Source of the DNA: Octopus sinensis
Lineage: Eukaryota
DNA length: 64,000 nucleotides
NCBI RefSeq assembly: GCF_006345805.1
Contig: NC_043005.1
Coordinates: 17,236,001 to 17,300,000, forward strand
Direction of reading: 5' to 3'
The notes beneath the pieces were generated by a model. That model saw nothing but the letters and a program-made list of their open reading frames with translations, ran no database searches and had not been told where the DNA came from. Below, piece after piece: positions 23,891 through 35,745 of the stretch; within the stretch, counting starts at the first letter, position 1; each line of letters begins with the position of its first letter. A program made the position numbers and the translations under genes.

Positions 23891-24846
23891 CAATGAACAC
23901 ATAATCAGAACAATCCTGGGTCACAGATCAATTTTAATCTTAAGAGTATTGATTGGTTACATGTAAGTGATTGATGATAGAAAGAACATCCTGTCGTATA
24001 AGCTACACCAGAAATGAAGGCCATGAGCAAAGGAGATGGGAGTTCTACACAGTAATTCTGTATAATAAGAGACTCTATGGTGTTTCCACAGACAACTTCT
24101 ACTGTTGATGGCAAGATAAAAAGGTCATTCATTTTGTACTGAAGAGCAGTGGGTAACAGAAAGGGCATCTGGCCATAAAACCCATGATATATATGCAATA
24201 ACAGAAATTGGTGATTTTCTTTACTGCATGTTATCATCATCATCAACATTGTTTAACATCCAGTTTCCATGGGTTAGCATGGGTTGGACGATTTTGACTG
24301 AGGACTGGTGAATCAGATAGCTGCACCAGGCTCCAATCTTGATCTGGCATAGTTTCTACAGCTGGATGCCCTTCCTAACACCAACCACTCCGAGAGTGTA
24401 GTGGGTGCTTTTACGTGCCACTGGCATGAGGGCCAGTCAAGTGATACTGGCAAAGGCCACACTCAAATGGTGTTTTTTACATGCCACCTGCACAGGAGCC
24501 AGTCCAGCGACACTAGCAACGACCTTGCTCAAATGTTTTTTCTCATGCCAGTAAGGCTATGCTTGTGTGCTAAGTAATGAATTACAACAAAAGGACCTGT
24601 GAAGTCCACAACAGATGATATATCTTGAATGTATCCAACCATAGAAACCAGGTCAAAGCTGACATTGGAGCACAATGCAACCCTGCTGGTCACCAGGCCC
24701 TGTCAAACCAACCAACCAACCAACCCATGCCAGCATGGACAATAGACATTAAATGTAGTTGATGATGATGATTTGAACTTGTGACTTGAATCCACTGATA
24801 TGAGTTCCTCAAGTCAATGTGAAGGATGTTACAGAAAACAAAAAAT

Positions 24847-24889
<43 letters not shown>

Positions 24890-25808
24890 TGTGAATATGT
24901 AAAACTACAAAACAAGGTTAATTAGTCAACAATACACTCGCTTATCACACTTGTGATTAGATAGGCTGGTACAGTAACAATAGTAAATATATACACATAT
25001 ACACACACACACATTCCCCAATTGTTGTCTGCTTTCAGCTTTTCTCCACTTGAAATGGGAGAAAAAAAGTAATGTGACACACAAATATGGTGCCTCTGTT
25101 ACTCAATCCAGAGGATCTACTTGGGGTTATGAAAGTTCCTTATACAGGTGCACTTATAAGGCAGACCCAGCTGGCCAGATGATATCTAAGTTACTTTTTT
25201 ATTTTTTTGATTAGTTAGAGGCTAAGTAATCATCATCAAGTGATTAATGAACAATGGTAAGAAACTCTCAAGAGAGTTGACCACCCGAAGGGCTTTAGAG
25301 AAGAAACCTCACTCAGTCAAGTGATTCAGTCCTTAACTTCTGACACTCTAATGGGGCCAGGCTGCATCCAGATCATAACTCCTGTGTGCCTTTCTGATGA
25401 TACATTTTAGCTTCTTGGATATCAGAGACTTGTGCATTTAATTGTAATCCTAGATAAAATGTTTAACCCTGTAGCATTTAAACTGGCCATATCCAGACAA
25501 AATATTCTGCTCATTTTATGTTCAAACTGGCTATATCCGGCCTTTCACACCTATCCTACAATATTGTTCTCAGAATAAACAATCACATCATCGATATCGC
25601 AAAGCTACAAGATAATGCCTGGTTAATTCAAAGCAACGTGAATGAATAAGCATTAAATTTGACAGAGTAATCCGAATGATAAACAAGATTAATGACAAAA
25701 GAAGTCTGAAACTCTGTCACCATAGATCTGCTCGTCAGAGCTAAGTGAAGGATAAACAATAATAATAATGACAAGCAAACAACTCAATCACAAACTTATA
25801 TCATTATC

Positions 25809-26960
25809 AAACAACCAGGTTACATTAGAAGGGTCTCATTTTCAGCAACCAGGTCCAATGCTGCCTTTATCATAACACTCCCAGGTCATACATTATCCTC
25901 TCAAACAATTAACCCTTTTGTTACTGTATTCATTTTGAGATGCTCCGTGTTTCTTTCAATTACTTTAAATATAACAAAGAATTTAGTAAAATAACTTAGT
26001 TATCATTAAGCTAGTATTAGGTACATAAATTGTGACTAAGGTTTGATGGAAGATTTTAATTCAAAATTTATGAAAACAAGACATTTGTACTCAGAGCAAG
26101 AGCCAGTTTCAGTTGGGTTGGTAATGAAAGGGTTAGCTTACTCAGTACCCAAACTAGTAAATGATTCGCTCACATAAACTATTTCTAAATACCTGGAACA
26201 ACCAGGTAAAACACTGCTCTTACTTTAACAACTAGGTTTCATTAATCTCATTAACAGTTTTCACTAGCAAATAATTAGGTCACACAAACCTCCATTAACA
26301 AACAACTAGGTCATATACTAATAAAACTAACAACATTTAGGTTATATATTAATAGAATTAAAAGAAACAGTTCACACCATCCCATTATATAACCAAAGAT
26401 AGGTAACATATTACTGGTGATAGAAAATGTCACACCACCCAATACCTTGGTCACACAATCATTACCGAATAGGTCATATATTACAGGTACCAGGAAATAC
26501 TTAAACCCTTTGTTCCCTAAGGAGCATAAGTGATTGGCAACTTTTCTCTGCTGGGCAGTAAAGCCTTTTTCTCCCAAGTCTTGTTAGTTTTTGAATTGTC
26601 ATTGACACTCTGGTAACATTGTTTTTTGTAGGTAGAAGAGTTGGTCCCTATGAATCTGGTTGTTATCCTTTCACTTGAGCCCCAACCCCACCAGAAAATT
26701 GCACTCTGCTGGACAAGCTCTCAGTCGTTGAGGCATGTGCAAGCCACCATAGGGCAATAAGGACTGGACCTTGTGGTGGACAAAGAAACTGGTGGCATAG
26801 TGTTCTCATCAGCGAAGCAATTAGGTCACAACTGCATCAAGAAACAACAGGGCTGTTTCACTAGGTCACATTGCCATCACTAACAGACAACTATGTCACA
26901 TAGTAAACTCACTATGAAAAAAAAAAACAAAAAAAGTCATCTATTGCACAAACTAGGTCA
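25809..26960 (+). other. Dispersed degenerate motif cluster, consensus AAACAACTAGGTCAC
   Basis: Exact TAGGTCA at 26276, 26307, 26470, 26822, 26862 and 26954, plus about 8 near matches, all on the + strand. Confidence 0.7.
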
Positions 26961-27039
26961 CTAAAACAACTCAGACAAAAGAAGGCTCCACATTGACCCC
27001 ACAAACAATTAAGCTATTTGGCAAACTCACAAACAACTA

Positions 27040-27655
27040 TAATCCTTTCTTATATAGGCAAAAGGCCTGAAATTCGGGGGAGGGAGATAGTCAATTACAG
27101 CGACCCCAGTATGCAACTGGTACTTAATTTATTGGCCCTGAAAGGATGAAAGACAAAGCTGACCTTGGCAAAATTTGAACTCAGAATGTAAAGCCAGGCA
27201 AAATACTGCTAAGCATTTCGCCCTGTGTGCAGACAATTCTTTTTTTCTACTTTAGGCACAAGGCCTGAAATTTTGGGAGAGGGGGCCAGTCGATTAGATC
27301 AACCTCAGTATGCAACTGGTACTTAATTTATTGACCCCAAAAGGATGAAAGGCAAAGTTGACCTTGGCAACATTTGAACTCAGAATGTAAAAGCAGACGA
27401 AATACAGCTAAGCATTTTGCCCTGTGTGCTGACAATTCTTTTTTCTTTCCTACACTAGACACAAGGCCCGAAATTTTGGGGGAGGGAGCCAGTTGATTAG
27501 ATCAACACCAGTATGCGACTGGTACTTAATTTATTGACCCCAAAAGGATGAAAGGCAAAGTTGACCTTGGTGGAATTTGAACTCAGAATGTAAAGGCAGA
27601 CGAAATGCTGCTAAGCGTTTCGCCAAGTGTGCTAACAATTCTAGCAGCTCACCAC
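27040..27655 (-). repeat. Tandem trimer of SINE-B units (~200-bp period)
   Basis: aggcc(t/c)gaaatt recurs at ~27062, ~27262 and ~27465, with a shared junction ccctgtgtgc(a/t)gacaattcttt. Similar dimers or trimers lie at 18220-18660 and 61900-62460. Confidence 0.8.
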
Positions 27656-28410
27656 CAGATGACAAACAACTATAATGACACATTGCCTTCACTAACAACA
27701 ACTCGTATACAAAATTGTTCACTAAATGTACACCTCCCTCCCCCATTCCACACACATGGATTTTCCTGTAGTATTTCAACGGTTGAGTGCGTCATTTGTT
27801 CATCTTACTTAAATGGTAATCCTCAGGAAACTGCATGACAAGGACTGGTCTTTGAATAATGGTACATCAACAGCCTTTCCCACAATTCACCAAATGAATT
27901 TCATTCACAAGACTTGTACTGACTCTTAGCAGTAAATAGTACAAGACGCTTGCCCAAGGTACCTAGCAGTGGGATTGAACCAGAGACCTTATGACTGAAA
28001 AACCAAACTTCTTAATAACTTATGCACAGAAATATATATATATAGTTGCAGGAGTGGCTGTGTGGCAAGTAGCTTGCTTCCCAACAATGTGGGTCCAGGT
28101 TCAGTTCCACTGCATGGCACCTCGGGGCAAGTGTCTTCTACTATAGTCTCGGGTTGACCAAAGCCTTGTGAGTGGATTTGATAGATGGAAACTGAAAGAA
28201 GCCCATCGTGTATATATATATATGCAGGTGGCACGTAAAAAGCACCCACTACACTCACGGAGTGGTTGGCGTTAGGAAGGGCATCCAGCTGTAGAAACAT
28301 TGCCAAATTAGACTGGAGCCTGGTGCAGCCTTCTGGCTTCCCAGAACCCCGGTCGAACCGTCCAACCCATGCTAGCATGGAGAACGGACGTTAAACGACG
28401 ATGATGATGA

Positions 28411-28450
<40 letters not shown>

Positions 28451-28957
28451 GAGAAAAACTTGGCAATATTTATTCAAGTTTATATGTTCTGAGTGCTTTG
28501 GGCATGAGGGGAAAGCTTATTTCTACCTGGTCAAACAAGATGGAGTCTTGTAAAACAAAGAAAAACAAAACCATGAAGGAAAGCAACAGAGAAAACCTCC
28601 TGTATATTCCCATGTGAAACTCGCATGGTAAGTAGATAATACTTAAACAATTTGGGACGATCTACTAAGTTCAAGTGAGGCCAACGTTGGAGACAGTACT
28701 GTTGCTACTACAGACGTTGATATTCTGGATTGCAACCAGAGAAAAGCCACTTACAGATATTCCAGCCTCTAACTCACAGCTGTGCAGTCTCTCTCGCTCT
28801 CTCCCTCTCAGCTTTTCCTACTGTTACAATATAACAATATATAGTTAGAATGGCCTTGTGCTTACACCACTTGGAGCATTATCCCAGTGGTATTTCCTGC
28901 CTGTGCATGTCTCACAGATTCAACTTGGAACAGTTGAAACAGAACATTAACAATACC

Positions 28958-29189
28958 TATTTCTTTATTACCCACAAGGGGCTGAACATAGAGGAGACAA
29001 ACATGGACAGACATAGGTATCAGGTCGATTATATCGACCCCAGTGCTTAACTGGTACTTAATTTATCGACCCCGAAAGGATGAAAGGCAATGTCAACCTC
29101 GGCGGAATTTGAACTCACAACGTAACGGCAGACGAAATACCGCTAAGCATTTCGCCCAGCGTGCTAACGATTCTGCCAGCTCACCGCCT
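28958..29189 (-). mobile_element. SINE family B copy with 11-bp TSD
   Basis: TSD TTAACAATACC at 28947-57 and 29190-200. Other B copies at ~3303-3535, 3665-3870, 30905-31135(+), 39610-39820, 46750-46970(+) and 58285-58925(+, x2). Confidence 0.9.
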
Positions 29190-29302
29190 TTAACAATACC
29201 AGTCGTGAAGGACCTGCAAAGGCCATGTGCATTACTCCTTTCATTCAGAATCATCAAACACAAAATAAAACATACAAGAAATCTGTTGCTATTAGTAATA
29301 TA

Positions 29303-29519
29303 CGAGGGCATACAGAAAAGTTCCTGGCTTTGGGTAAAAGAAAATACAGGCATATCAGTTAATCGTAATTTTATTCAACATATTCCCCTCTCAGATTCAC
29401 ACATTTATTGCAGCGGTCCTTCAGTTTTTCTAAGCCCTGAAAAAGAACTTGGAAGGCTGGACCTCCAACCAGACCTTTCATGATACCCTTAAATCCAGGA
29501 ACTTTTCAACACCCCCTTG
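29303..29519. mobile_element. mariner-like MITE
   Basis: TA|CGAGGGCATACAGAAAAGTTCCTGG ... CCAGGAACTTTTCAACACCCCCTTG|TG. A related terminal fragment lies at ~9384-9430. Confidence 0.7.
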
Positions 29520-29552
29520 TGTGTGTGTGTGTTTGTGTGCGTGTGTGTATGT

Positions 29553-29582
<30 letters not shown>

Positions 29583-29583
<1 letters not shown>

Positions 29584-29856
29584 ATTGCAGCATGGAAGGT
29601 GTTTGTAAGCCATCTAAGAAACACACAAAAGCCGTTCGATTCACTTCAACATTTAAGTTTAATTTGTCAAAATATTTTCGTCGCTAAAATCCATGACCTG
29701 TTCACTGGCAAAAATCCGTGCTGCATTTTTTTGTCAGTGAACAGGTCGCGGTCTTAAAGTGACGAAAATATTTTGACAAACTTAAATGTTGAAGTGAATC
29801 GAACGGAATTTTGTGTGTTTCTTAAATGGCTTACAAACACCTTCCACGCTGCAATT
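29583..29856. mobile_element. ~274-bp near-perfect inverted repeat (probable Penelope-like inverted pLTR pair) inside a (TA)n tract
   Basis: Arm 29583-29714 is the reverse complement of 29727-29856 at roughly 90% identity by eye, with a ~13-nt spacer. Each arm carries the family Z hammerhead-like motif pointing outward. (TA)n lies on both sides. Confidence 0.7.
29730..29780 (+). ncRNA. Hammerhead-like fold with variant core GUGAACA (G3:C8), family Z
   Basis: Perfect 7-bp stem I TTTGTCA(29730-36)/TGACAAA(29774-80); GTGAACA(29737-43) plus an extra G; stem II GTCGC(29745-49)/GTGAC(29759-63); GAAA(29764-67); palindromic stem III AATATT(29767-72); U17 at 29773. Confidence 0.55.
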
Positions 29857-29908
29857 GTTTTCGTTTCAGCACATGATCTCAGATCAAATCACTTGCTATG
29901 CGAGTACA

Positions 29909-29947
<39 letters not shown>

Positions 29948-32900
29948 TATAAAGTCGAAAGACGCCTGTTATTTCTTGTTGTATTCATAATTGTGTACCA
30001 TGTTTTGTTTGTTTCTTTGTTTTTCTGTCTTTGTTGCCGTACACAGTTGCTAGCTTTCTTACAAAAGGGTCTAATGCTCTTAGCTTAGACTTTTTGGGGG
30101 ACAACTATATCAAACCACCTCAAGTGTAACTCTCCGAAATGGTCTTGACTTCTGGTTCTTGACTGAAGAAAGAAAGCCAAGAATGACCCGTCTTTTTTTG
30201 CCTGTCCTAATTGTTGTTCGCCTTTGTATCGTCTATCTGTCCAAACGTTTTAATGTCCCCTATTGCATCTTTGTTCCATTTTTATATATAAATATACATA
30301 TATATATATATATATTATATTTTGTGAAATTTGATTTAGTATTTCTAAATTGAATTTTTCCCTGTAAGTTTGGAATAATATTCCCTCATATTATATATAT
30401 ATATATATTTATATATTAATATAAGAAAAGAAAGAAAAAATATTGTGGATACTTGTATTATTTGTATTACAAGAGCATAGCAAATAGTTTAATACAAATA
30501 AAACTTAAAGGAACATTAATTAACATAAAATAAGCATAAAAAGTGCTAAGTTATGGAGACATAAACATACCAACACTGGTTGTCAAACAGCAATGGCGGA
30601 CAAACATAAACACAAAGACACACACACACACACGGCAGGCTTCTTTCAGTTTCCATCTACCAAATTTACTCACAAGCCTGAGGCTATAATAGAAGACACT
30701 TGTTCAAGGTGTCATGCAGTGGGATGGAACCTAGAAGTAAGCTTCTTCCCATGCAGTCACACCTGTGCTTTAATCATCATCATCATCATCATCAACATTC
30801 AATGTTCGTTTTCCATGCCAGCATGAGCTAGACGGCTTGACAGGAACTGGCAAGACCAGGGGCCACATCAGGTTCTATAGTCTGTTAATGGTAAATCTCA
30901 AAGGCAACAAGCTGGCAGAAGCGTTACCACGCCAGGCGAAATGCGTAGCCGTATTTCATCTGCCACCACGTTCTGAGTTCAAATTCCGCCGAGGTCGACT
31001 TTGCCTTTCATCCTATCGGGGTCAATTAAATAAGTACCAGTTATGCACTGGGGTCGATGTAATCCAATTAATCCCTTTGTCTGTCCTTGTTTGTCCCCTC
31101 TGTGTATAGTCCCTTGTGGGTAATAAAGAAATAGGTAAATCTCAATAACTTTAAAATATGAAGTTTAAAACCAACAACAACACAGTGGTGGTGGTCTCAG
31201 ACAGATTGGTGCCAAACCAGTTAAAATACTTTTGGCATCGAGACTTCCTTCAGTTCAATGCATGAAAGACAACCAATGGCCACCAGGTCATGGTTTTTTT
31301 TTTTAGTTTATTTTCCAAATATTTTTAGCCCCAATTCCAAAGGAAAAAGAAAAACAAACTAATAATAAAGATACAGTAACACTATTACATACAAAGCCCT
31401 TATCCGCCACCACACACATACACACACACAGAGAATAGAACCAAACTAATTATGTTGTAAATGAGCTGAAGTCTAGAAGCACTTAAGACATTCACCAATG
31501 ATAAGGTAGCGACTAAGGGATGACATAATAGTTACTGCATAACTGATTCTCAATAAGAGAAGTTAACGCCCATCTGGAAGCCAACACACACAAATACACT
31601 ACAGGAAGTAGTGTACATGAAGTGTGTGTAAATATATATGAGCATGTGTGCATGTGCATGTATGTAGATACGCATACATGCTGTATGTATATACAGACAC
31701 ATATATACTGTGTAGATATATGTGAGGGTGTAAGTAAAACATAAGCTAACGACAGGATGTTCATGTGTATGTATGTATGTATATATGCATGCGTGGATGT
31801 GTGTCTATGTGTAGAAGTATAACATACACAAATACACTGTAACTACAGGATGTATGTTGGAGTATGCACTGGGTGAATGAGTCTTTTAATATATAAATAT
31901 GGGTATGCATGCATATATAATTGTGTGTGTGTGTGTGTGTGTATAGTCTCTTTTACTCTTTTACTTGTTTCAGTCATTTGACTGCGGCCATGCTGGAGCA
32001 CCGCCTTTTAGTCGAGCAACTCAACCCCCAGAACTTATTCTTTGCAAGCCCAGTACTTATTCTATTGGTTGCTTTTGCCGAACCGCTAAGTGACGGCGAC
32101 GTAAACACACCAGCATCGGTTGTCAAGCAATGCTAGGGGGACAAACACAGACACACAAACATACACACACACATATATATATATATACATACATATATAC
32201 GACGGGCTTCTTTCAGTTTCCGTCTACCAAATCCACTCACAAGGCTTTGGTCGGCCAGAGGCTATAGTAGAAGACACTTGCCCAAGATTCCATGCAGTGG
32301 GACTGAACCCGGAACCATGTGGTTGGTAAGCAAGCTACTTACCACACAGCCATTCCTGCGCCTATGTAGATATTTGCAATAAATTGGTAGAATCATGAAA
32401 GCATAAAACAAAATGCTTTGTAGGATCCGTTCCAGCTCTCTGCACACACAGCCCAAATCCTCCTGGAGTCAACTTCGCCCTTCATTCTTTCAGCGGGGTT
32501 CTTAAAATAAAGGACCAGTTCAGATTGGTGGATCGGAAGATATTCTTTCCCAGCTCTTCACCTTTTTACCCCTACCAGTCTTGGAAGCCCAAGAGAAAAA
32601 GTAGAGAAGTAGTATGTACCAGTCTCCCTCCCTGACTAAACAGTAGAGAAGGGGGAGGGAGGGAGGGCCAGCACCATGGGCTGCTATTTCATCTTTCATG
32701 GGTTTTTCTTGGTCTTAACCTCACAAGAGAGCGCTTGGGGGTGATGGTACTGGGTGCTTAGTGGTATCATAAGGATTCTTAGATATATTAGCATCCAGAT
32801 TACTTTCTCAAACACAATGTTTATTTCAGTTCTGTATATTTAATCCTTTAGTGTTCAGATTACTCTGTTAAATATAATACTTTTTCACTCAAATTGTTTT

Positions 32901-33737
32901 GAATTAATCATGCATTATCTTATAGCTTTGAGGTTTCAGTGATGTGATTGTTTATTTTTAGCATGACATTGTAGGTCAGGTGTGAGAGGCTATAAAACAT
33001 GTAGAATATTTGGGCCAGATATGGCCGGTTTAAACACTAAAGGGTTAAGAGATGAGGAATTATGTACAATATTTACATTTGACGGTTTGCAATAAGACAT
33101 GGTAAAAATAAAAGCCTTTTTAAGCTTAAAAAACAAATTAAGTAATCATCATTATTATTTTGCAATAGTAAAAAAAAAAAAAATTTTTTAATTTACCAAT
33201 ACGTACATGTGATTTCATTCACAAAACTACACTACTTTATGGTGTGTGCCTTAACATTTATTGTACATCTGTTAATATGATTTTATATGTTTTTATTCTT
33301 ATTTGTTGTACAGTAACATGATTTTATGTGCTTTTAATGGTTTTCTAGTGATTTTACGATTGCAATATTTGTGGAGGACAGACGTAAAGTCAAGTAAAAT
33401 TTACTTAACTTGATTTTTATTTTTCTATGTATTATTTTTGAAAACTGATGTATAATTGAGAATGACTTAGATCAAAACGACTTAAGCCAAGGTATGCCTG
33501 TACACCTACAAGTAATTTTGATTCATTAACACTTGGTAATAATGCTAATAGTATTTTATTTATGTGCATTATATAATTTATGGGCATAAATATAATTTCA
33601 CAATGTAAATCTTTCCCTTCTTTAGTAATTTCCAAGAAAATTTAACAAAGGGAGGCACTACACCATGCAAATATCTAAAAAGAGGCATACAATAGATGGA
33701 ATAGCATAAGAAATAATTACTTAACCTTTATACAAAA

Positions 33738-34133
33738 CTAGCAGTATCGCCCGGCGTTGCTCGGGTTTGTAAGGGAAATAACTATATAAGCATTTTTAGA
33801 GAGTTATAGCCAAAAAATAGCAAAAAATGCATTAAAAATGGAAAAAAATGATGGTAAATTTTTATTTAAATCGTTGACTCATCGAAGACATTTTTAGAGA
33901 GTTAATTCCCTTATATAATAGCGAAAAAATGCATTAAAATGGAAAAAATGATGGTAATTTTTTTAAAATCATAGACTCATCGTAGACACGCGCTAATACC
34001 CAGAAGGGCTCGATATGAATCACGACTATAAGATACCCGGTTTTGGTTAAACTGCACTGCAAAATGTGGGAGTAGTTAGGAATCTAAATCGTAGGAGACA
34101 GACAGCACACAACCTCACTTTTATATATAAAGA
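33738..34133 (-). mobile_element. Non-autonomous Helitron-like element, family 2
   Basis: A|TCTTTATATATAAAAGTGAGG ... CCCGAGCAACGCCGGG...CTAG|T; near-identical to 55162-55548. Confidence 0.85.
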
Positions 34134-34377
34134 TTAGTTTCTGTTTGATTAAAATATTCAGCTTTACATTTTGCAAGGCATAGGACAGGGTGTTTGTAAA
34201 ATGTCATTTGGTAAAGAGTGACATGTTACCAAAATCTAAGAACTACTATTCTAGAGGGTGGCATTAGGCCCATGGACTTCATTGACCTTTCTCCTCCACC
34301 TACACCTCACCCTTCTTTTAAAACTAATGAGACTGACATGGTTTATGGGTTCTTCTTGAACATGCTGATGGCTGCAG

Positions 34378-34471
34378 AAAAAAAAAACGTGAGCAGGTAG
34401 GGAATTCCAATGAGAGGACTTTCTAGGATGGAACGACTGGGAACTTCGGTTAATGCAGGACCTTGGGACAC
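34378..34471 (-). pseudogene. Decayed CR1/L2-type LINE C-terminal fragment
   Basis: CVPRSCINRSSQSFHPRKSSHWNSLPAHVF resembles SFFPRT.RLWNSLP..VF. Confidence 0.6.
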
Positions 34472-35448
34472 AATTTGGTGACCCAAGGAAACAAGATGAT
34501 TTGCTCAAATAGGGAGAAATGGAAGGTGGAAGAATATAACCCAAATTAGCTCTGACACTAAATTGGCTTTTAATTAAAGACATTTCTGCTGTGATCACCA
34601 CCATTTCTTTTTCAAGACATAGTGTATCTAAGACTACATTATCAGTTGTATTTAAAAAAAAAAAAAAAAAACTGTGGTGTAAAAATGATTTAACAGCTAT
34701 TTCTACCAAGTCAAGTAAGCATAAATACTCCCTTGTAGTAGCAACATACATTTTTCCAAGCTAGCATCAGTGTTATGGCTTTACAGTTAGTATTATGTTG
34801 ATCAATGCTGTTCCAGCCATGACCATCCCATCTTTTTTCTCAGGCATAACATATAAAGGACTACATAAACCAATACATACTTCCTTTTCTATGATGGTAG
34901 AGTGTAATTTGACTGTTATTTCTAGCAGACCGAATGAGCACAGAGAAGGAAATATTTTTAAAGCTAGATGATAAGCTTTCCTATCCACCCCCACCCCCAA
35001 ACAAACAAAAAACATTTAAATATAAAATAAGAGTGTTTGTCCACATTAATCCTTTTGTTACCAACCCGGCTGAAACCGGCTCTGGCTCTAAGTACAAATG
35101 TCTTGTTTTCATCACTTTTAAATTAAAATCTTCCACCAAACCTTAGTCACAATTTATGTTCCTAACACTAGCTTAATGATAACTAAGTTATTTTACTAAA
35201 TTCTTTGTTATATTTAAAACAATTGAAAGAAACACAGAGCATCTCAAAAGAAATACAGTAACGAAAGGGTTTTAAAGAGCTTTAGCAAGATTTGATAATA
35301 ATAATCAATAATCCAACATCTTAGACTCATAATAAATACAATGCCTCAATTATTTTCTTTTTTATCAGCATCGAAGGAATGGTGATAAAGGAAAAAAAAA
35401 AAAAAAAAAAAAAAAAAATCAACAATAAGCAGATTGTTCTTTCCTTAC

Positions 35449-35745
35449 CAAATTTTTCCTATGATCACTAGCCTGGTAATGTCCAACATTGTACCATGTT
35501 GCAATGAATATCCACTTTGCATTGTAATTCCTACGATAGGGAAAATATTTACGAACTTCTGCTGAGGCTAAATCCAACAAGTTTTTGTCACTAGATTCCA
35601 AGTAGTAGACAGTACCACCGACACGTTCAATGTCAATATCTGCCCAAAATGGAGCAATCACTGGGAAGGAATTATTCCGAGGAAAGTCTACAGGAGTGTA
35701 TGAACTTTCTTTATAAGTGAATGATATTATTCCATTAGTGTTCAC
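35449..35745 (-). CDS. Internal coding exon, NIDO domain core (SNED1/alpha-tectorin/nidogen/MUC4-like extracellular protein)
   Basis: Translation VNTNGIISFTYKESSYTPVDFPRNNSFPVIAPFWADIDIERVGGTVYYLES...KWIFIATWYNVGHYQASDHRKNL carries the NIDO hallmarks VNTNG.ISF, IAPFWADID, G.VYY and IATW..V. Acceptor ttccatttgcAG lies at 35747-35746 and donor GTAAGG at 35448-35443. The exon is 297 nt (99 codons), phase 0 at both ends, with no stops. Flanking exons were not located, so the orthologue is undetermined. Confidence 0.9.

Noticed and set aside
30165-30200. CTGAAGAA in a pLTR-like segment (29950-30390); also CTGATGA at ~739 and ctgaag...gaaacgtg at ~37199
   Set aside because: Stem II and/or GAAA cannot be formed, so they were not counted as hammerheads.
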